From contig CAZWLL010000007.1 in the NCBI GenBank assembly GCA_964634795.1, forward strand, positions 1 to 60,675: a stretch of DNA of 60,675 nt, in the 5' to 3' direction. Position numbers and translations under genes: made by a program. The notes under the pieces were generated by a model that was not told the DNA's origin, made no database searches, and saw nothing but the letters and a program-made list of their open reading frames with translations. Positions 8,844-19,546 of the stretch are shown here, piece after piece. Positions within the stretch are counted from its first letter, which is position 1. Each line of letters starts with the position of its first letter. The DNA is from an uncultured Ruminococcus sp. (lineage in GTDB: Bacteria; Bacillota; Clostridia; Oscillospirales; CAG-272).

Positions 8844-9747
8844 AGTGGATTCTGTCAGCAAAAATTTCGATGATGTAAAAAGTCTGTGCGGTGTCACTTT
8901 AAACATCGGAGACGGTTCCGTATTTGGTTTAATAGGTTCTAACGGCTCGGGAAAATCGACACTGCTGCGCATTATCAGCGGAATATATAAGCCATCGGCG
9001 GGAAATGTATGCATAGACGATGACGCTGTATATGAAAATCCATGCGTGAAAGAAAAAATAGCGTACCTGTCCGATGATCAGTATTTCATTTCGGGAGGTA
9101 CGATATACGATATGATGAAATTATACCAAAGCGTGTATCCGACCTTTTCACAAGAAAAATATAAAAAGTATTTAACACTTTTTGAGCTTGACGAAAACAG
9201 AAAGCTGTCGACATTTTCCAAGGGTATGCAAAAACAGGCGGCATTTCTGCTCGGCTTGGCATGTAATACAGACTACCTGTTGTGTGACGAAACTCTCGAC
9301 GGACTTGACCCGATGATGCGCATTATAGTGCGTAAAATCGTTGCGTCCGAGGTTGCCGAACGCGGTATAACTGTGATTTTCGCATCTCATAATTTAAATG
9401 AAATCGAGGATATATGCGATCATGTGGCTCTTCTTCACAAAGGCAAACTTTTGTTTGAAGCTGGACTCGATGAGATAAAAACAGGAATACACAAGGTTCA
9501 GCTTTCATTTAATAAAGAGAGTATTGCCGACGGCAAGAGACAGCTCGAAGAGCTCGATACAGTGTCGCTTAATCAAAGAGGAAGCTTATTTACCGTAATT
9601 GTGCGCGGTGACGAAAAATATATAGATGATTATATGCGCTCACTGAATCCCGTCTTTGTCGAGTTCATACCTTTGACACTTGAAGAAATATTTATAGCCG
9701 AAATGGAGGAGAGGGGGTATGAGTTTAATGACAAGCTCAACTCGTAA
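8836..9747 (+). CDS. ABC transporter ATP-binding protein (YtrB-like)
   Basis: Walker A GSNGSGKST, signature FSKGMQK, Walker B LLCDETLDGLDP, H-loop ASH. Confidence 0.92.
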   Translation: MIKVDSVSKNFDDVKSLCGVTLNIGDGSVFGLIGSNGSGKSTLLRIISGIYKPSAGNVCIDDDAVYENPCVKEKIAYLSDDQYFISGGTIYDMMKLYQSVYPTFSQEKYKKYLTLFELDENRKLSTFSKGMQKQAAFLLGLACNTDYLLCDETLDGLDPMMRIIVRKIVASEVAERGITVIFASHNLNEIEDICDHVALLHKGKLLFEAGLDEIKTGIHKVQLSFNKESIADGKRQLEELDTVSLNQRGSLFTVIVRGDEKYIDDYMRSLNPVFVEFIPLTLEEIFIAEMEERGYEFNDKLNS

Positions 9748-11923
9748 CGAACGCAATCGCAGCGCATACAAAGCCGCTCCGTATTTCAGATATTATATTA
9801 AGCATAATGTTTATCAGCTTGTTTTGTTCTTAGTTGTGATAATACTTGCTGTGATAGTTCCGTGCTGTATGGAATACGGTAGATTCGTAAAAGATTATCC
9901 GAAAGAATTACTGGACATTACACAGTACGGCAAAATAGGTTTTGTACTAAGCGGATGTATGGGATTGTTTTGCGGAATGACCGCTTTATCATATGTGAAC
10001 GGCAAGCAGAATATCACGTGTATGCACAGCTTTCCGCTTAAGAGAACAACTTTATTCCTATGTGAAACACCTGCCGGCATCATATACTATTTGCTGTCGA
10101 TTACAATCGGATTTGCCGCAATACTGATAATATCGGGTTTTGAGAAATGCACTATAGATAAGAGTATGTTCTCGGTGATGTATTTCGCATCTATTGCGAT
10201 GTTTATTCTCATGCATTCCGCGGTAATGTTTGCGGCGGGACTCAGCGGAACGGGAGCCGGCAGATTTTTCACGGCGATGCTGATACTTTTTATGCCGTTT
10301 GTTCTGTATGCGCTTGTGGTTTATACCTGTGAAATCGGAAATAGCAATATTGACAGCAGCTATTATCTGGATTCAAAAGTATGCTCAGCTTTGTGTCCGT
10401 TTTACAGACTTTTAAATGCGATTTTTAATTATGATACCGCAGAAACCGCTATTTCGGAAATATTTAAAACAGTACCGTATATTGCGGTAAACTATGCGGC
10501 TGCGGTTCTGCTTCACAAATACAGACGTACCGAGGATACAACAAAAACAATAATTTGGAAGCCTGTATTTTGGATTGTTAAATATTCCGTTATGTTTGTC
10601 GGTGCCGCAATCGGAATAATTATATTCGGCGCTGATCTTTTCTTCGGAGCAACAAGCATATCATACAAGATTTTCGGAGCTGTATTGGGACTATTCATGT
10701 CGTATATCTTTATGAACTGCGTATTATACCGCTCCGTACGCTCGATTTTTAAGGATGTAAAGCCGTCCTTGATTTTCGCCTCGGCAGTACTGCTTTATAC
10801 CCTCGTAGTACCCGCTAATCTGTTCGGCATTGTTGGAAAATTATACAGCGAGAGCAATACAATAAGATTTGTTATAGATGTGGACAGGGTTGAGGTTACA
10901 GTCCAGAGTGAGTATTATGAGGAAATATCGGAATATACGGCAGCTTACAATTCGACAGGCGGAATATACTCGGACAATGAAATATATGTGACCGGTATAT
11001 GGTCGGATGAGGACGACGAATATGTTAGGGAGAATTTTTCCGAATATGTCGGTAAGCCGTATGACGATACTGCAGACAATATATATGAAGAAGATTTAGC
11101 TGCAACCTCAATAGTAAGAAGCTGCAGCGGACATATAAGTGCGGATATAGTGCAGTATCCCGTGTTCGGTATACCGATGGCATATCATATTGTTATTCCC
11201 ATGGAAGGCGAGCTTTGGCAAAAAATAAAATCGTCAGAGGAATATGTTTCCGCAATGGACATTTCAGATTACAAAGAAGCGGGAAAATACGAATCAATAC
11301 AGATTACCGTAGGCGAAAAAAGCGTAACCTTTTCACCTGACAGCACGTGTGAGGTGATAGATAACGATTTTACATACGAAACATACCGCAGTCTCGATGA
11401 TGAAGAAAAGATAAAACGCGATGAGCTGATCGAAAAGCTGATTGATTCAGCTGTGTATGACGAAGAAATGTTGGCTGATAATACTATAATAGGATATGTC
11501 GAGATTAATACCGGACTCAGCGACAATTATTACACGATTACATATCCGATAAGTGCGGGAAACATAGATATGCTTAACGCGGCTGTCGATTTGCTTGCGT
11601 TTGCGGAGGGCAGTGAGAGAGATATTCGATATTCGTCAGCTGATGAGTATTTTGCCGATGCCGCGGCGGAGTACGAATATGCGGTAATGATTGATTTGAA
11701 AACAGGAGAGGCCAAACGCATCGATTCCGATACGATAGCCGAGTACTCGAAATACACATCCGCTCTGAGCTATTTCTGGTGGGAATATTATAAATACACG
11801 AGCATTGATAACGGATATATGCTGCTTGTCAAAGACAACGCTGGCTATTCGCAGGAATTGTATTTCAGAAATGGTGCGGACATCGAAAATGAATTAACTG
11901 TACTGTTCGAGAGCCTCGACTGA
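9719..11923 (+). CDS. ABC transporter permease with large acidic C-terminal extramembrane domain
   Basis: About 10 hydrophobic segments in the first ~370 aa, MHSFPLKRTTLF motif, overlaps the ATPase stop. Confidence 0.75.
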   Translation: MSLMTSSTRNERNRSAYKAAPYFRYYIKHNVYQLVLFLVVIILAVIVPCCMEYGRFVKDYPKELLDITQYGKIGFVLSGCMGLFCGMTALSYVNGKQNITCMHSFPLKRTTLFLCETPAGIIYYLLSITIGFAAILIISGFEKCTIDKSMFSVMYFASIAMFILMHSAVMFAAGLSGTGAGRFFTAMLILFMPFVLYALVVYTCEIGNSNIDSSYYLDSKVCSALCPFYRLLNAIFNYDTAETAISEIFKTVPYIAVNYAAAVLLHKYRRTEDTTKTIIWKPVFWIVKYSVMFVGAAIGIIIFGADLFFGATSISYKIFGAVLGLFMSYIFMNCVLYRSVRSIFKDVKPSLIFASAVLLYTLVVPANLFGIVGKLYSESNTIRFVIDVDRVEVTVQSEYYEEISEYTAAYNSTGGIYSDNEIYVTGIWSDEDDEYVRENFSEYVGKPYDDTADNIYEEDLAATSIVRSCSGHISADIVQYPVFGIPMAYHIVIPMEGELWQKIKSSEEYVSAMDISDYKEAGKYESIQITVGEKSVTFSPDSTCEVIDNDFTYETYRSLDDEEKIKRDELIEKLIDSAVYDEEMLADNTIIGYVEINTGLSDNYYTITYPISAGNIDMLNAAVDLLAFAEGSERDIRYSSADEYFADAAAEYEYAVMIDLKTGEAKRIDSDTIAEYSKYTSALSYFWWEYYKYTSIDNGYMLLVKDNAGYSQELYFRNGADIENELTVLFESLD

Positions 11924-11962
11924 TTGTCCGAGCTCGAATAAAAATACGGAAACACAATGTAC

Positions 11963-11987
11963 GGCGGTTTTCGAAATGAAAGCCGCC
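11963..11987 (+). terminator. Probable terminator hairpin
   Basis: GGCGGTTTTC/GAAAGCCGCC stem; weak T-tract. Confidence 0.45.
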
Positions 11988-12032
11988 TCATTTGTGTGAA
12001 AAAAGTTATAATAAAAAAATATGCGTGAGCTA

Positions 12033-12061
12033 TTGACAAACGGCTGTGAGGAGAGTATAAT
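12033..12061 (+). promoter_or_regulatory. Consensus sigmaA promoter of infC-rpmI-rplT
   Basis: TTGACA, 17 nt, TATAAT. Confidence 0.85.
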
Positions 12062-12075
12062 GTACGAGTAACAAT

Positions 12076-12190
12076 GAAGCAGAACAAACTCCGTTCTCAC
12101 CTTACTGCTATAGGCACGATAAGGTCAATAGATTCAGTTAAGCGTGTTTTTTGTCGTACGGAGGGAGTTCTTTGTGCGATTTTTTGTTTT
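12076..12190 (+). ncRNA. L20 leader (ribosomal protein autoregulatory RNA)
   Basis: Upstream of infC; GAAGCAGAAC...CCGTTCTCACCTTA...TAAGGTC resembles the L20 leader core; pairings CTCCGT/ACGGAG and ACCTTA/TAAGGT; T-rich run at 12180-12190. Confidence 0.75.
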
Positions 12191-12206
12191 ATGGAGGTGC
12201 TTAACT

Positions 12207-12731
12207 ATTAGCGCGAAAGAACTTTTAATCAATGATGATATCAGAGCAAAAGAAGTCCGTATGCTTGATGAAAACAACGGACAGCTCGGTATCATGAATT
12301 TGAATGATGCAAAAGCATATGCATATGATCACGGTTACGACCTTGTAATGATAGCTCCGTCTGCAACACCGCCTGTCTGCCGTGCAATGGACTACGGTAA
12401 GTACCGTTACGAAGCCGACAAAAAAGAGAAGGAAACAAGAAAAAAACAGCAGGTTATCGAGGTCAAAGAGGTTCAGCTTTCGTATAAAATCGAACAGCAT
12501 GACTTTGAGACTAAAGTAAATCGTGCGATTAAATTTCTTCAGGACGGAAATAAAGTAAGGGTCAGTCTCAAGTTCAGAGGCAGAGAGATTGCGCATCAGG
12601 AGCTCGGAAGAGAAAAGCTGGACAGCTTTGAAGCGGCGGTATCGGAATACGGTACGGTTGAAAAGAAGCCGGTTCTCGATGGTAAACAATTATTTATGTT
12701 TATTGTTCCTGTTAAGAATACAGCGAAGTAA
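12207..12731 (+). CDS. infC: Translation initiation factor IF-3 (ATT start)
   Basis: INDDIRAKEVRML...DYGKYRYE...KEVQLS; GGAGG at 12193-12197, in-frame ATT at 12207. Confidence 0.95.
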   Translation: MSAKELLINDDIRAKEVRMLDENNGQLGIMNLNDAKAYAYDHGYDLVMIAPSATPPVCRAMDYGKYRYEADKKEKETRKKQQVIEVKEVQLSYKIEQHDFETKVNRAIKFLQDGNKVRVSLKFRGREIAHQELGREKLDSFEAAVSEYGTVEKKPVLDGKQLFMFIVPVKNTAK

Positions 12732-12840
12732 TATTGCGCTATAAGTGCGGCTTATAAAACTACAGAAACCGCCGAATGTTGACTATGACAGAGTTGTAAA
12801 ACGACAAATAAGATTTAACCAACCGAAAGGATACGCAAAA

Positions 12841-13038
12841 ATGGGAAAGATTAAGACACATAAGGCGTCAGCCAAAAGATTTGCAGTTACCGGTACAGGT
12901 AAAGTAAAGGTATTCCATTCAGATCACCGTCATAACCTCGGACAGAAGAGCCAGAAGAGAAAGAGACATCTCAGAAGCAGCCAGATTCTCAGCCCCGCTA
13001 TGACAGCAAATGTCAAGAGACTGATTAACAAGGACTGA
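12841..13038 (+). CDS. rpmI: 50S ribosomal protein L35
   Basis: [23 protein letters not shown]; start corrected from the ORF track. Confidence 0.95.
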   Translation: MGKIKTHKASAKRFAVTGTGKVKVFHSDHRHNLGQKSQKRKRHLRSSQILSPAMTANVKRLINKD

Positions 13039-13094
13039 GTCTTACCGATAGGACTGAATCATAAACAAAGCAGTATAGAAAGGATTTAGATAAA

Positions 13095-13448
13095 ATGGCA
13101 AGAGTAAAAGGCGCTATGATGACGCGCAAAAGAAGAAATAAGGTCTTAAAGGCTGCAAAAGGTTACTGGGGTTCGAAGAGTAAGCACTTCAAGATGGCTA
13201 AACAGGCCATTATGAAGAGCGGCAATTATGCATATATTGGCCGTAAGCAGAAGAAGAGAGAATTCCGCGGTCTGTGGATTACCCGTATTTCCGCTCAGGC
13301 AAAAGTAAACGGTATGAATTATTCTACACTTATGCACGGACTTAAGCTTGCAGGTGTTGACCTCAACCGTAAGATGCTTTCCGAAATCGCAGTTTCCGAT
13401 AAGGAAGCTTTCGCCGCACTTTGCGAGACAGCTAAGGCTGCTCTTTAA
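13095..13448 (+). CDS. rplT: 50S ribosomal protein L20
   Basis: MARVKG...KGYWG...[12 protein letters not shown]...[10 protein letters not shown]. Confidence 0.97.
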   Translation: MARVKGAMMTRKRRNKVLKAAKGYWGSKSKHFKMAKQAIMKSGNYAYIGRKQKKREFRGLWITRISAQAKVNGMNYSTLMHGLKLAGVDLNRKMLSEIAVSDKEAFAALCETAKAAL

Positions 13449-13506
13449 TTGTTGAATTTTTTAAATGGGTGCTCACCTCCTGTGGACACCCTTTATTTAT
13501 ATATAA

Positions 13507-14349
13507 ATGAAGATTGATGAATTTATAAAAAATTATTCCGCAGAGTACATACGCTCACGTTCAAATCCGAAATGTGTGGCGGTCTCAAAGCTGACCGATA
13601 AAAAGTACCGTGATTTAAACGGCACATATCTTGCGGAAGGCGTGAAGCTTACAATGGAGGCTATGCTCTGCACGGAGTGCAGCTGTATATGGATTTCAGC
13701 CCATGCCGCGGAAAACAATATTAAAGCAGAAGAATGTGCGAAGCTCGCTATGGAAAAGAACATCCACATTATTGTGTGTGATGATATGGTTTTCGAAAAA
13801 ATATCGACTGAAAAGGCGCCTCAGGGTGTAATTTGCGAAGTTAAATACGAGAAGCACCTGCATACGACGGAGAATTTCGACGCTTGGCAAAAAAATAAAA
13901 GAATTATTATGTTGTCGGAAGTACGTGATCCCGGCAATCTCGGAACAATTATGCGTACTGCCGAGGCTCTCGGAATGGACGGCTTGGTGCTGTATGACTG
14001 CGCAGATATCTACAGTACGAAAACCGTTCGTGCGTCGATGGGTACTGTCTTCAGAATGCCGCTGTTTATTACCGCTAATGCGATAGAATGTATTAACGAT
14101 ATGCGTGAACTGGGAAGAAGAACATTAGCGGCGGCTCTCGACGAAAACAGTCTGAAGCTCGGAAGTTATACAACTGTCGAGAACGACTGTGTTATTATAG
14201 GAAATGAAGGGCACGGACTTGAAGCAGGGGTAATCGATGCGTGTGACTGCACGGTAATGATACCGATGAGCGGAAAGACAGAAAGCTTGAACGCATCATC
14301 TGCCGCATCATGTATTATGTGGGAATACAGCAGAGGCATCAAGCGGTAA
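13507..14349 (+). CDS. TrmH/SpoU-family RNA methyltransferase
   Basis: YLAEGVKL, VRDPGNLGTIMRT, IGNEGHGL, IPMSGKTESLNASSA. Confidence 0.92.
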   Translation: MKIDEFIKNYSAEYIRSRSNPKCVAVSKLTDKKYRDLNGTYLAEGVKLTMEAMLCTECSCIWISAHAAENNIKAEECAKLAMEKNIHIIVCDDMVFEKISTEKAPQGVICEVKYEKHLHTTENFDAWQKNKRIIMLSEVRDPGNLGTIMRTAEALGMDGLVLYDCADIYSTKTVRASMGTVFRMPLFITANAIECINDMRELGRRTLAAALDENSLKLGSYTTVENDCVIIGNEGHGLEAGVIDACDCTVMIPMSGKTESLNASSAASCIMWEYSRGIKR

Positions 14350-14412
14350 ACTGCACATATAACTTATTTGATGCCCATATAAAGCAAAGTATAAGGAGGG
14401 AAAACGGATACT

Positions 14413-15903
14413 ATGAACGAAGACAGAATAATTTACTGGATTTGGCTAGCCGAGCTTTTCGGAGCGGGCAGTAAAACTTTGTCAATGCTTGTACAGAAAT
14501 ATTCCGATCCTAAGCTGATTTACGATAAAAAAGCCGATGATCTTGTGTGCGATGATTTTTTTACGGAAAAACGTATAGAGAATATCAAGTCTAAGCTGAA
14601 GAACGATTCACTTGAGCATGCGGAAGAGATAATCGAAAAGTGCAATAAGCTCGGCATTTCCGTAATAACGCCCGAATGCTTTGATTATCCCGGCAAACTG
14701 AAAACGGTACGTGATTTTCCCGTAGTTCTTTATTGCCGCGGAAGACTTCCTGAAAACAGCGAACATTTTCTGTGTACAATTGTCGGTACGAGAAGTATGA
14801 CCGATTACGGAAGGCGGATTGCGTACACTTTAGGCGCAGGCATCGTGCTGGGCGGCGGAGTAATAGTCAGCGGTATGGCGCTCGGAGCGGACAGTATGGC
14901 TTTGATAGGGGCTCTCGAATCGGGAGGCAGTGTAATAGCGGTGCTCGGTTCGGGATTAGATGTTGTTTATCCGCGCGAACATAGTGAGCTTTATCAAAAA
15001 ATAATCAAAAACGGTGCGGTGATATCCGAATATCCTCCGGGAACACCGCCCTCAGGCAGAAATTTCCCTGTGAGAAACCGTATTATGAGCGGACTTTCGG
15101 ATGCTACGGTTGTCGTAGAAGCCGATATGCAAAGCGGTGCGCTCATAACGGCGCGTTTGTGTCTCGAACAGGGCAGAAGACTTTTCGCCGTTCCCGGCAA
15201 GGTCGGAGAGAGCGGTGCCGAAGGCCCGAACAGCCTGATAAGAGAAGGTGCGCTTCCGGTACTAACTCCCGAGGATGTGCTGACCGAATTTGCACATGAT
15301 TACAGAAAAACACTGAGCGTAGACCGTGCGCACTCACTGCTTAAGGGTGTGAATTTCGAAAATCTTTCCAAGGACGCAATGTCGCGTACGAGAATAGGTA
15401 CAGGTGTCGGCAACAGAAATTATTACGGTGTAGGCAGTTACGGCGGACGACTCGACGAATACGAGAAGGAAAAACAGCGCAATTCCGATGCGGAAAACAA
15501 AATATCGGATGATGCGCCGAAAAAAACAGTTGAGAAAAAGGCGAGTACAAAAACTAATGCAAAAGATGAAAAATCGGAGAAGAGTATAGCATCATTTTTC
15601 AGCAGGAAAAAAGCCGACAATATAATAAAAAATGAGAAACAAATTGTAAATTCTGATAAAAATTTCATTCCGTCAAAAAAAATAGAGCTTGATATGCTTG
15701 ATGAATCCGAAATCAAGGTATATAATAGAATGAAACCGAATGTTCCGATACTTCCGGATGAACTCGCAAACGACGAACAAAGCGTATCGGATGTTATGAG
15801 TGCGCTTACTATATTGGAAATGGCGGGAGCTGTCGAATCGGGCGGAGGAGGCTACTATATGCGTATTTCTCCCGACGACATAATGCAGTCACAGAACGAC
15901 TAA
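14413..15903 (+). CDS. dprA: DNA-processing protein DprA
   Basis: IVGTRSMTDYG, VSGMALGADS, FPVRNRIMSGLS, VVEA...SGALITA, FAVPG; C-terminal winged helix. Confidence 0.93.
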   Translation: MNEDRIIYWIWLAELFGAGSKTLSMLVQKYSDPKLIYDKKADDLVCDDFFTEKRIENIKSKLKNDSLEHAEEIIEKCNKLGISVITPECFDYPGKLKTVRDFPVVLYCRGRLPENSEHFLCTIVGTRSMTDYGRRIAYTLGAGIVLGGGVIVSGMALGADSMALIGALESGGSVIAVLGSGLDVVYPREHSELYQKIIKNGAVISEYPPGTPPSGRNFPVRNRIMSGLSDATVVVEADMQSGALITARLCLEQGRRLFAVPGKVGESGAEGPNSLIREGALPVLTPEDVLTEFAHDYRKTLSVDRAHSLLKGVNFENLSKDAMSRTRIGTGVGNRNYYGVGSYGGRLDEYEKEKQRNSDAENKISDDAPKKTVEKKASTKTNAKDEKSEKSIASFFSRKKADNIIKNEKQIVNSDKNFIPSKKIELDMLDESEIKVYNRMKPNVPILPDELANDEQSVSDVMSALTILEMAGAVESGGGGYYMRISPDDIMQSQND

Positions 15904-15929
15904 TCAAATTTTAAACAGGGGTAGACCTG

Positions 15930-18212
15930 ATGGTAAATCTTGTAATAATGGAATCTCCCACAAAGGCGAGCACTGTGAAGAGCTATCTCGGCTCATCATA
16001 TAAAGTGGTCGCTTCAAAGGGACATGTCCGTGACCTTCCGAAATCAACACTCGGAATAGATGTAGACAATAATTTCGAAGCACATTATATAAATATAAGA
16101 GGAAAAGGCGATCTCATTAAGGAACTGAAAAAAGAAGTAAAAAATGCGGATCGAATTTACCTCGCAACAGACCCTGACCGTGAGGGAGAGGCAATTGCAT
16201 GGCATCTTATCACAGCTCTCGGTATTCCGCCTGAAAAGGCCAACCGCGTTACATTCAACTCCGTAACCAAAGCGGTTGTTAAAGAGGGAATCAAGCACCC
16301 GAGAACTATTGACATGAATATAGTTAACGCTCAGCAGGCGAGAAGAATACTTGACAGAATTGTCGGATATAAGCTTTCTCCGTTCCTTTGGAAAACCGTT
16401 AAAAGCGGACTTTCAGCCGGAAGAGTACAGTCTGTGAGCACGAGAATAATCGTTGACCGTGAAAATGAAATAAGAGCGTTTGTTCCCGAGGAGTATTGGA
16501 CTATAGAAGCCGATATTGTCACCGCCGACGGTAAAAAAATCAAAGCAAAGCTTTACGGACTTGCGTCAGATGATAAAAAATTATCGGTAACAAATGCAGA
16601 AGATGCAGAGAAGATTTACAATGCCGTAAACGGTAAGGACTTTACCGTATCGGACATAAAGCTCGGCAAGAAACTGAAGAATCCGTCTCCGCCGTTTACC
16701 ACGTCCACACTTCAGCAGGAAGCATCCAGGAAATTGAATTTTCAGTCGCAAAGAACGATGAAAATCGCTCAGGAGCTGTATGAAGGTATGAATCTCGGCT
16801 CTGAATTCGGAGGAGTTCAAGGTCTTATCACATACATGAGAACCGACTCTATGAGAATCTCAGATGAGGCAAGAGATGCGGCAAAAACATTTATTACCGA
16901 AAAGTACGGCGAAGAGTATTATCCGAAGACTCCACGAGTATATAAATCAAAAGGCGGAAATGTGCAGGATGCACATGAAGCGATTCGTCCGTCAAACCTT
17001 AATCTTGAACCTTCGGCAATAAAAAAAGCACTTACAGCCGAACAATATAAGTTGTATAAGCTCATATGGGACAGATTTATAGCAAGCCAGATGCAGTCGG
17101 CTGAGCTGTCAACAGTTCAAATCGACTTCTTATGTGAGGATTACATCTTCAGAACAAGCGGATATACCGTTAAGTTCCCCGGATATATGGCACTTTACGA
17201 GGAGTCAACCGATGATAAAAATACGGATGACGAAAACGTAAAGCTTCCCGAGCTTAATAAGGATGATGTGCTGAAATCCGAAAAAATAACTCCCGTACAG
17301 CATTTCACCGAACCTCCGGCAAGATATAATGATGCTACGCTTGTAAAATATCTTGAGGAAAAAGGTATCGGCAGACCGAGCACATATGCCACGATAATTA
17401 CCACAATAATTTCCAGAGGTTATGTTAAGCGTGACGGAAAACAGCTTGTTCCCACACCTCTCGGAGAAGTGACAACGGATTTGATGTGTGAGAATTTCCC
17501 CGATATCGTCGACTGTAAATTCACGGCGTACATGGAGAGCCAGCTGGATGATATAGAAAACGGAAAAACCACCATGCTTGATGTAATTTCAGGCTTCTAT
17601 AAAAATTTCAGTACGGAGCTTGAAGAAGCGCTTAAAAATGTCGCAGACCGTGAAATAGAGCTGCCCGTTGAGGAAACCGATATAATCTGTGAGCATTGCG
17701 GAAGCCGCATGATAGTAAAGAACGGTCGATTCGGAAAATTTGCCGCCTGTCCTAACTATCCCGCGTGCAAGAACACTAAACCGCTGCAAAAAAGCGGAGA
17801 CAGCTTGGTTGAGAAAAAGGCCGAAAAGACCGATATGAAGTGTGAGCTTTGCGGTGCGGACATGATTCTCAGAACAGGCAGATACGGATCGTTTTATGCA
17901 TGCTCAAGGTATCCGGAATGTAAGTTTACAAAACAAAAGGTTAAACCGCTCGGAGTAAAGTGCCCCGATTGCGGTTCTGAAATAGTTACTAAGTACGGTA
18001 AAAACAAAACCGTCTTTTACAGCTGCTCGCGATACCCCGAATGTCAGTTTTCTTCATGGGATATGCCGACAAATGAAAAATGTCCGAAATGCGGAGGAAT
18101 GCTGTATCGCAAGAAAGGCAAGAATCAGCTGATATGCAAAAACGAAAATTGCGGTTATAAGGCTGACATACAAGCCGATGATACGAGCAGAGAGGCTGAA
18201 GCTGATGAATAA
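15930..18212 (+). CDS. topA: DNA topoisomerase I with four C-terminal zinc ribbons
   Basis: [46 protein letters not shown]. Confidence 0.97.
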   Translation: MVNLVIMESPTKASTVKSYLGSSYKVVASKGHVRDLPKSTLGIDVDNNFEAHYINIRGKGDLIKELKKEVKNADRIYLATDPDREGEAIAWHLITALGIPPEKANRVTFNSVTKAVVKEGIKHPRTIDMNIVNAQQARRILDRIVGYKLSPFLWKTVKSGLSAGRVQSVSTRIIVDRENEIRAFVPEEYWTIEADIVTADGKKIKAKLYGLASDDKKLSVTNAEDAEKIYNAVNGKDFTVSDIKLGKKLKNPSPPFTTSTLQQEASRKLNFQSQRTMKIAQELYEGMNLGSEFGGVQGLITYMRTDSMRISDEARDAAKTFITEKYGEEYYPKTPRVYKSKGGNVQDAHEAIRPSNLNLEPSAIKKALTAEQYKLYKLIWDRFIASQMQSAELSTVQIDFLCEDYIFRTSGYTVKFPGYMALYEESTDDKNTDDENVKLPELNKDDVLKSEKITPVQHFTEPPARYNDATLVKYLEEKGIGRPSTYATIITTIISRGYVKRDGKQLVPTPLGEVTTDLMCENFPDIVDCKFTAYMESQLDDIENGKTTMLDVISGFYKNFSTELEEALKNVADREIELPVEETDIICEHCGSRMIVKNGRFGKFAACPNYPACKNTKPLQKSGDSLVEKKAEKTDMKCELCGADMILRTGRYGSFYACSRYPECKFTKQKVKPLGVKCPDCGSEIVTKYGKNKTVFYSCSRYPECQFSSWDMPTNEKCPKCGGMLYRKKGKNQLICKNENCGYKADIQADDTSREAEADE

Positions 18213-19530
18213 TATTAATGTATACGGAGCCGGACTTGCGGGCAGTGAGGCGGCATGGCAGGCATCACACCACGGTGCTCATGTTACGCTTTATGAAATG
18301 AAGCCTCGGAAAAAATCTCCCGCGCATCACAGCGATATGTTTGCGGAGCTGGTATGTTCCAATTCACTTCGTTCGGCTGAGCTTACAAACGGCGTAGGCC
18401 TTCTTAAGGAAGAGCTGAGACGAATGGATTCACTTGTTATGGAAGCCGCATATGCCTCGCGGGTTTCGGCAGGCGGTGCTCTTGCGGTTGACAGGGATTT
18501 GTTTTCCTCTTATATAACCGAGAAAATTAAAAGCTGTCCGAATATCGATGTCATCGAGGAAGAAATGACCGATATTCCAGAGGATGAAATAACGGTAGTT
18601 GCGACAGGACCGCTTACCTCCGATGCGCTTGCGGAAAAAATAGCGTCCTTAATAGGCGGAAAGAGCTTGTATTTTTACGATGCCGCCGCTCCTATAGTGG
18701 ATTTCGAATCGGTAGATATGTCAAAAGCGTTTTTCGCGTCACGTTATGATAAGGGAACGCCCGACTATATTAACTGTCCGTTTAACGAGGAAGAATATAA
18801 AGCTTTTTATAATGCACTCATAACCGCGGAGGAAGCAAAGCTGCATGATTTCGAAAGCGGTGATAAGCTGAAGGTTTTCGAGGGATGTATGCCTGTTGAG
18901 GTTATGGGCAAACGCGGTGAGGATACACTGCGTTTCGGTCCCATGAAGCCTGTCGGAATTAAAAATCCCGTAACCGGTGAAGAATATTATGCGGTTGTTC
19001 AGCTGAGACGTGAGAATGATTCCGGAACAATGTACAACATTGTTGGTTTTCAAACCCACCTTACATTCCCGGAACAGCGCAGAGTTTTCCGAATGATACC
19101 CGGACTTGAAAATGCGGAGTTTCTGAGATACGGAGTTATGCACCGCAATACCTTTTTGTGCTCTCCAGATTTGCTTGATGCCGATTATTCTTTCAGACAA
19201 AACAAAAATATATTTTTTGCGGGACAAATGACCGGTGTGGAAGGATATATTGAATCTGCGGCATCGGGCTTTGTTGCGGGCATCAATGCCGCGCTCAGAG
19301 CCAAAAGTAAGGAAAGCTATATTTTCCCACAGGAAACCATGATAGGAGCTATGGCATACTATATCTCTCACGGAGAAAAAACTCTCTTCCAGCCGATGAA
19401 CGCCAATTTCGGCGTTATGCCCTCGCTCGACAAGAAGGTTAAGGGCGGAAAAAAAGCCAGAAATGAAGCTTATTCTGCACGTGCACTTGAAAAAAACGAG
19501 GAAATCCTCGATATAATAAAGAATTTATAA
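18205..19530 (+). CDS. trmFO: Folate-dependent tRNA m5U54 methyltransferase TrmFO
   Basis: [49 protein letters not shown]; start set at ATG 18205. Confidence 0.95.
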   Translation: MNNINVYGAGLAGSEAAWQASHHGAHVTLYEMKPRKKSPAHHSDMFAELVCSNSLRSAELTNGVGLLKEELRRMDSLVMEAAYASRVSAGGALAVDRDLFSSYITEKIKSCPNIDVIEEEMTDIPEDEITVVATGPLTSDALAEKIASLIGGKSLYFYDAAAPIVDFESVDMSKAFFASRYDKGTPDYINCPFNEEEYKAFYNALITAEEAKLHDFESGDKLKVFEGCMPVEVMGKRGEDTLRFGPMKPVGIKNPVTGEEYYAVVQLRRENDSGTMYNIVGFQTHLTFPEQRRVFRMIPGLENAEFLRYGVMHRNTFLCSPDLLDADYSFRQNKNIFFAGQMTGVEGYIESAASGFVAGINAALRAKSKESYIFPQETMIGAMAYYISHGEKTLFQPMNANFGVMPSLDKKVKGGKKARNEAYSARALEKNEEILDIIKNL

Positions 19531-19546
19531 ATATTACCGGTACTTG

